From: Thermoanaerobaculia bacterium
Lineage (GTDB): Bacteria > Acidobacteriota > Thermoanaerobaculia > Multivoradales > UBA5704
Direction of reading: 5' to 3'
Length of the DNA stretch: 64,000 bases
Assembly: GCA_036376245.1 (NCBI GenBank)
Contig: DASVAS010000028.1
Span: 29,339-93,338 of the forward strand
Shown here: positions 60,446 to 64,000 of the stretch, one piece after another
How the letters are laid out: every line of letters starts with the position of its first letter
Numbering within the stretch: position 1 is the first letter of the stretch
Program-made: the position numbers and the translations under genes
The notes under the pieces: generated by a model
Told to the model about the DNA's origin: nothing
The model's database searches: none
Seen by the model: the letters and a program-made list of their open reading frames with translations, nothing else

Positions 60446-62029
60446 TCAGGGCTGAAGCGGGGACCGCGCCTCCCAGAGCACGCCGCCGTCCTGGTCGGAG
60501 ATCCGCGCGAAGTGTCTTCCGAGGCTCTGCGCCAGGGGATCGCCGAAAGGCATCCTCCAGGTGTAGACGTAATCAACGCGGCCCTGCCAACTCGCGACCA
60601 GGGTCTCCGGGTCGGCTCCGATCCTCTGGACCGGGGGCGGCGGCGTGGAGGCCCGGAACCGGGTCGGAAAGAAGTCCACCGCCGCCTCGTAGTTGTCCCA
60701 GTTCACCAGCCCCTTTTCGAGAGCGGCGTAGTCGGCGGCGTGAGTGTAGATGGGGAACTGGGAGCTGCGGCCGTTGTGCTCGAACAGCAGCGGCACGAAA
60801 CGGCTGTTCGGCCGGACGCTCTCCAGACCGGCCAGGAATCGGGCCATCTCGCCGTCGAGCCTGTGATACCACCGGATCTGGTAGCTCAGGTTCAGCGCGG
60901 CCAGCAGAACGAGGACCGCGAGCCCCGCCGCCTGGGCCCTCCGCCCCAGCCGTGGAGAGAGCCAGGGGATCAGCAGCAGCCAGGGGAACAGGCTCAGCCG
61001 CATCTTGAGCATCGTTCCTCCGCCGACCGCGTTCGGACTGAGGAAGTACACCACGATCAACAGCAGGCCGAGGAGGAAGAAGGCATCCTCTTCCCGTAGC
61101 CGCCGGTCGCGGTAGACCCCGCGCCAGAGGGTCAGCAGGACGAGCACGGCGAAGAGGACCGCCATGGTCCGCGCAAACCAGAGGTGATCCGGGCTGAAGG
61201 AGAGCAGCACGCCCATGTTCAGGAAATAGCCCAGGGCCATCTCGAAGGGCCACCGGGAAGCCCGCGTCGCCGCCCCCTGGGCCGAGAAGTACCAGAGCGG
61301 CAGGATCACCTGGGGCAGGAGGATCGGGACGTGCCGCAGGTGCCGCCGCCAGGTCTCGCGCCGGATCGTCGCCAGCCATAGAACCCCGATGGCGAGGAGC
61401 GACAGCGCGAACGGGACGATGTGGGAGAGCCAGCACAGCCAGAGGAGCAGGTTGATCTTCACCGCGAAGCCGGGGGTCGGGCTCGCGCGGCGCCGCCACC
61501 AGAGTCCCAGGATCCAGGGGAGCAGCGCCACGCCCAGCGAGAAGTTGTAGAACCCGAACTGCGACGTGAGGTTGTAGGGAAAGGCGAAGGCCAGGAAGCT
61601 CAGCCAGCCCTGGTCAGGCCGCACGGAGCGCGCCAGATAGCGGAGGCCGAAGAGCAGGAGCAGCACATAGCCGCTCAGCAGGATCTTCTCCGCCACCAGC
61701 GGCGGCACGGCGAACATCAGCAGCGCCATGACCCCGTGTCCCAGCCAGTTCGGATAGGGCTTGGCGTTGATCTCGAGGTACCGCTGGAACAGCGGGAAAT
61801 CCTCCGCGTTCCCATGCTGCCTCAGGATCCAGGCATTGTAGGTATGGCACGGACCGTCGACCGTGGGGATGTAGTCAACGATCCAGAAGGGGAGAACGTA
61901 GAAAAGAGCCAGGAAGACGAAGATCCACCGGCTCCAGGCCATCCTCGGCATACCGGGGCCGCTCGGTTCTTCCGTCGGGCGCACCATGGGCGGCATTCTA
62001 TGGGCTGTTCGACCCCGCGTGGACGCCAT
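60446..62029 (-). CDS. Polytopic membrane protein, paralog C of 3. The listed ORF start is probably too far upstream.
   Basis: The same conserved blocks are present (PTVDGPCHTYNAWILRQHGNAEDFPLFQRYLEINAKPYPNW). By alignment with paralogs A and B, the true start is likely the internal Met of MPRMAWSRWIF, near 61951. Confidence 0.6.
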   Translation of the reverse strand: MASTRGRTAHRMPPMVRPTEEPSGPGMPRMAWSRWIFVFLALFYVLPFWIVDYIPTVDGPCHTYNAWILRQHGNAEDFPLFQRYLEINAKPYPNWLGHGVMALLMFAVPPLVAEKILLSGYVLLLLFGLRYLARSVRPDQGWLSFLAFAFPYNLTSQFGFYNFSLGVALLPWILGLWWRRRASPTPGFAVKINLLLWLCWLSHIVPFALSLLAIGVLWLATIRRETWRRHLRHVPILLPQVILPLWYFSAQGAATRASRWPFEMALGYFLNMGVLLSFSPDHLWFARTMAVLFAVLVLLTLWRGVYRDRRLREEDAFFLLGLLLIVVYFLSPNAVGGGTMLKMRLSLFPWLLLIPWLSPRLGRRAQAAGLAVLVLLAALNLSYQIRWYHRLDGEMARFLAGLESVRPNSRFVPLLFEHNGRSSQFPIYTHAADYAALEKGLVNWDNYEAAVDFFPTRFRASTPPPPVQRIGADPETLVASWQGRVDYVYTWRMPFGDPLAQSLGRHFARISDQDGGVLWEARSPLQP

Positions 62030-62059
62030 CCGTCACGAGGGGCGTGCGGCTCGACCTCC

Positions 62060-62245
62060 GGGGCGAGGGCCCTGCCCCGTTGGGTCGGCCACCCGCCTCC
62101 CGGAGCACGTGACTCGCCCCGCGACGTGGGAGTCTCGCGCCATGGTGCAAGCGGCTCGCCCCGCAAGGTCAGGAGTGCGGCTCGCGGGGCGAGGGGCTCG
62201 CCCCCCGGAGCCAGGTGACCGACCGCGGGGCGAGAAGCTTGCCCC
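62060..62245. repeat. Cluster of GGGGCGAG / CTCGCCCC inverted repeats in a divergent intergenic region.
   Basis: GGGGCGAG occurs at about 62060, 62186 and 62227. CTCGCCCC occurs at about 62113, 62155 and 62197. Several pairs form 8-10 bp palindromes, for example CTCGCCCCGC..GCGGGGCGAG. Confidence 0.5.
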
Positions 62246-62275
62246 GTGATGCCAGGACCTCACGATACGGGGCGG

Positions 62276-64000
62276 ATGGCTCGCGTCACCTCCCGCGTCC
62301 CCCACGTTGCAACCCGCGGCTCCCCCGCCCGTATACGGCTCCAAACGGCAAGACGCCGGACGAGGTCAGCCTTGAGACGAATCCTTCCGTTGCCCTTCCT
62401 GCTCCTGCTCCTCGCTTCCCTCTCCGTCGAGGCCGGCGACTGGCCGCGTTTCCAGGGGGAGAAGCAGGATGGGATTTCTCCCGAGAGCGGCCTGCCCCGG
62501 AGCTGGCCCGCGGAGGGGCCGCGGGTGGTGTGGAAGCGGGCGATCGGCGAAGGCTATTCGACCTTCAGCGTCGCCGCCGGACGGCTCTATACCATGGACT
62601 CGGACGCGAAGACCGAGTACGTGCTCGCCCTGGACGCGGCCACCGGCAACGAGATCTGGCGCGTCCCGATCGGCGACAAGCTCGTGGACCCGATGGGCAA
62701 CGGCCCGCGCGGCACCCCGACGGTCGACGGCGGCACGATTTACGCCCTGGGCTCCCTGGGCCGGCTCCTCGCCTTGAAGGCGGCGGACGGCGCGAAGCTC
62801 TGGGAGGTGGAGCTCACCCAGGCCTTCGGCGCCAAGCGGCCCACCTGGGGATACTCGGGCTCGCCGCTCGTGGACGGCGACCTGCTGATCCTCGAAGTGG
62901 GCGGGACCGAGAAGCGAGCAATCGTGGCGTTCGAGAAGGCGACCGGCAAGGTCCGCTGGGCTTCCCAGGAGGGGGACGCGGCGTACAGCACCCCGGTCCT
63001 GATGACCATCGGCGGCGTCCGGCAGTACGTCACCGCCCGCCGCGCCGGACCGGAGGTCGTCTCGCTCCTCCCGGACGGCACGCTTCACTGGAAGCATCCC
63101 GGACCGCCCACGGTCATCGTGAGCCCGCTCTTCATCCCGCCGGACAAGGTCTACGTCTCGGCCGGGGACGACGGCGGCGCGGTCCTCTTCCGGGTGAGGA
63201 CCGAGGGCGGCAGGGCCACGACCGAGGAGATCTGGAAGACCCGCGGGATGAAGAACCACTTCAACAGCGCGGTCCGTGTTGGCGACCACGTCTACGGCTT
63301 CGACAACGCCACCTTCAAGTGCATCTCCCTGGCGACCGGCGAGCCGGCCTGGGCCATGCGCGGCCTGGGCAAGGGCTCGCTCCTCGCCACGGCGGACGGC
63401 CTCCTCGTCGTGCTGTCTGACCGCGGCAAGCTCCTGCTCGTCGAGGCGACTCCCGAGAGCTACAAGGAGCTCGCGAGCTTCCAGGCCCTGGAAGGAAAGG
63501 CCTGGACCTCTCCCGTGCTCGCCAACGGCAAGGTCTATCTGCGGGACGAGGACGAAATGATCGCCCTCGACCTCGGGGTTCCCGGGGTTCCGGCGGCCGG
63601 CCGGGACGCAGAAACTGTCTCCGCACGGGCCGAGAAGAGTTCCGCCTCGGCAAACAATGAGGCCGGATCGGCCGATGACATCGTTGCCAGGCACGTGGCC
63701 GCACACGGCGGCGCGGCGCGGTGGAAGGCGGTCCGGTCGCTGGAGGTCTCCGGGACGTACACGAGCTTCAGCGAAGCCCACCCGTTCAACTTGAAGCGCC
63801 AGCGGCCGGGCCGCTACCGCTTCGAGACCCGCACGATGCGAGCGCCGGTCACCGTGGCCCACGACGGCACGTCCGCCTGGTGGATCTTCCCGCCCTACGG
63901 CGTCGACCAGGCGGCGAAGCCGCCCGAGCCCGACGCCGTCCTGATCGCCCGGGAGGCGGAGATCGAGCCGGTCTTCGTGGCCTGGAAGGAGAAGGGCCAC
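62276..64000 (+). CDS. PQQ-like beta-propeller repeat protein (BamB/PQQ enzyme-repeat family), secreted. The 3' end lies beyond the window, which is why it is absent from the ORF track.
   Basis: Frame 2 is open from 62276 to the window end. A signal peptide (LPLPFLLLLLASLSVEA) follows an in-frame TTG at 62372. Repeated blade motifs (RVVWKRAIGEGYSTFSVAAGRLYTMD; LALDAATGNEIWRV; TVDGGTIYALGSLGRLLALKAADGAKLWEV). The minus-strand ORF 62366..64000 has no features and is taken as a shadow. Confidence 0.6.
   Translation, partial: MARVTSRVPHVATRGSPARIRLQTARRRTRSALRRILPLPFLLLLLASLSVEAGDWPRFQGEKQDGISPESGLPRSWPAEGPRVVWKRAIGEGYSTFSVAAGRLYTMDSDAKTEYVLALDAATGNEIWRVPIGDKLVDPMGNGPRGTPTVDGGTIYALGSLGRLLALKAADGAKLWEVELTQAFGAKRPTWGYSGSPLVDGDLLILEVGGTEKRAIVAFEKATGKVRWASQEGDAAYSTPVLMTIGGVRQYVTARRAGPEVVSLLPDGTLHWKHPGPPTVIVSPLFIPPDKVYVSAGDDGGAVLFRVRTEGGRATTEEIWKTRGMKNHFNSAVRVGDHVYGFDNATFKCISLATGEPAWAMRGLGKGSLLATADGLLVVLSDRGKLLLVEATPESYKELASFQALEGKAWTSPVLANGKVYLRDEDEMIALDLGVPGVPAAGRDAETVSARAEKSSASANNEAGSADDIVARHVAAHGGAARWKAVRSLEVSGTYTSFSEAHPFNLKRQRPGRYRFETRTMRAPVTVAHDGTSAWWIFPPYGVDQAAKPPEPDAVLIAREAEIEPVFVAWKEKGH

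Noticed and set aside
62366-64000. A 544-aa minus-strand ORF and a 401-aa plus-strand ORF (62215..63420).
   Set aside because: Both are Arg/Gly-rich and featureless. Plus-strand frame 2 encodes a signal peptide plus PQQ beta-propeller repeats and is taken as the real gene.

Overview
This is a high-GC (about 70%) bacterial chromosomal window with dense, mostly operonic coding and no integrase, transposase, phage or CRISPR signal. Because of the GC content, almost every long antisense or off-frame ORF in the track is a shadow of a real gene; I call the frame that has recognisable domains, signal peptides and operon logic. Contents, in order:
- 1-4.3 kb: the 3' end of a secretin gene (PilQ/GspD family), followed by three exported lipoproteins with IPT/Big/PKD repeats.
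- 4.4-10 kb: a TPR protein translationally coupled to a roadblock/LC7 gene, then an overlapping accB-accC-thiE-aroK-metallophosphoesterase operon.
- 10-14.8 kb (minus strand): a System I cytochrome c maturation cluster, ccmABCDEF.
- 14.9-29.2 kb: one same-strand gene train of a HEAT-cyclophilin lipoprotein, a CxxS thioredoxin-like protein, an ECF sigma factor, a zinc-finger anti-sigma, a beta-helix membrane protein, and three tandem paralogous ~1050-aa fused MFS/spermidine-synthase-like genes.
- 29-53 kb: housekeeping genes (hbd, proS, zwf, nudC), peptidases (M28, S9), an ExeA/GspB-like pair, a fasciclin gene, and a YtrA-type GntR with an ABC ATPase and a permease/beta-propeller fusion.
- 53.9-62 kb: a glyco-modification locus of a GT-C ArnT/FlmK-like transferase, a GT2 polyprenyl-phosphate sugar transferase and a YdjC/NaxD-like deacetylase, facing three tandem paralogous polytopic membrane proteins on the other strand.
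- 62.3 kb to the window end: a PQQ-like beta-propeller gene that runs off the window and is therefore absent from the ORF track.
Non-coding structure worth noting:
- two copies of a long palindromic tandem 9-mer repeat hairpin at gene ends;
- a GGGGCGAG/CTCGCCCC inverted-repeat cluster in a divergent intergenic region;
- TGGACAA operator-like repeats over a sigma70-like promoter upstream of the fasciclin gene;
- a perfect 16-bp AT-rich palindrome;
- a 300-nt G-rich untranslated region.
The most interesting candidate systems are the ECF-linked tandem triplication of MFS/aminopropyltransferase-like proteins with altered active-site motifs, and the lipid/glycan aminosugar-modification module with its triplicated membrane partners.
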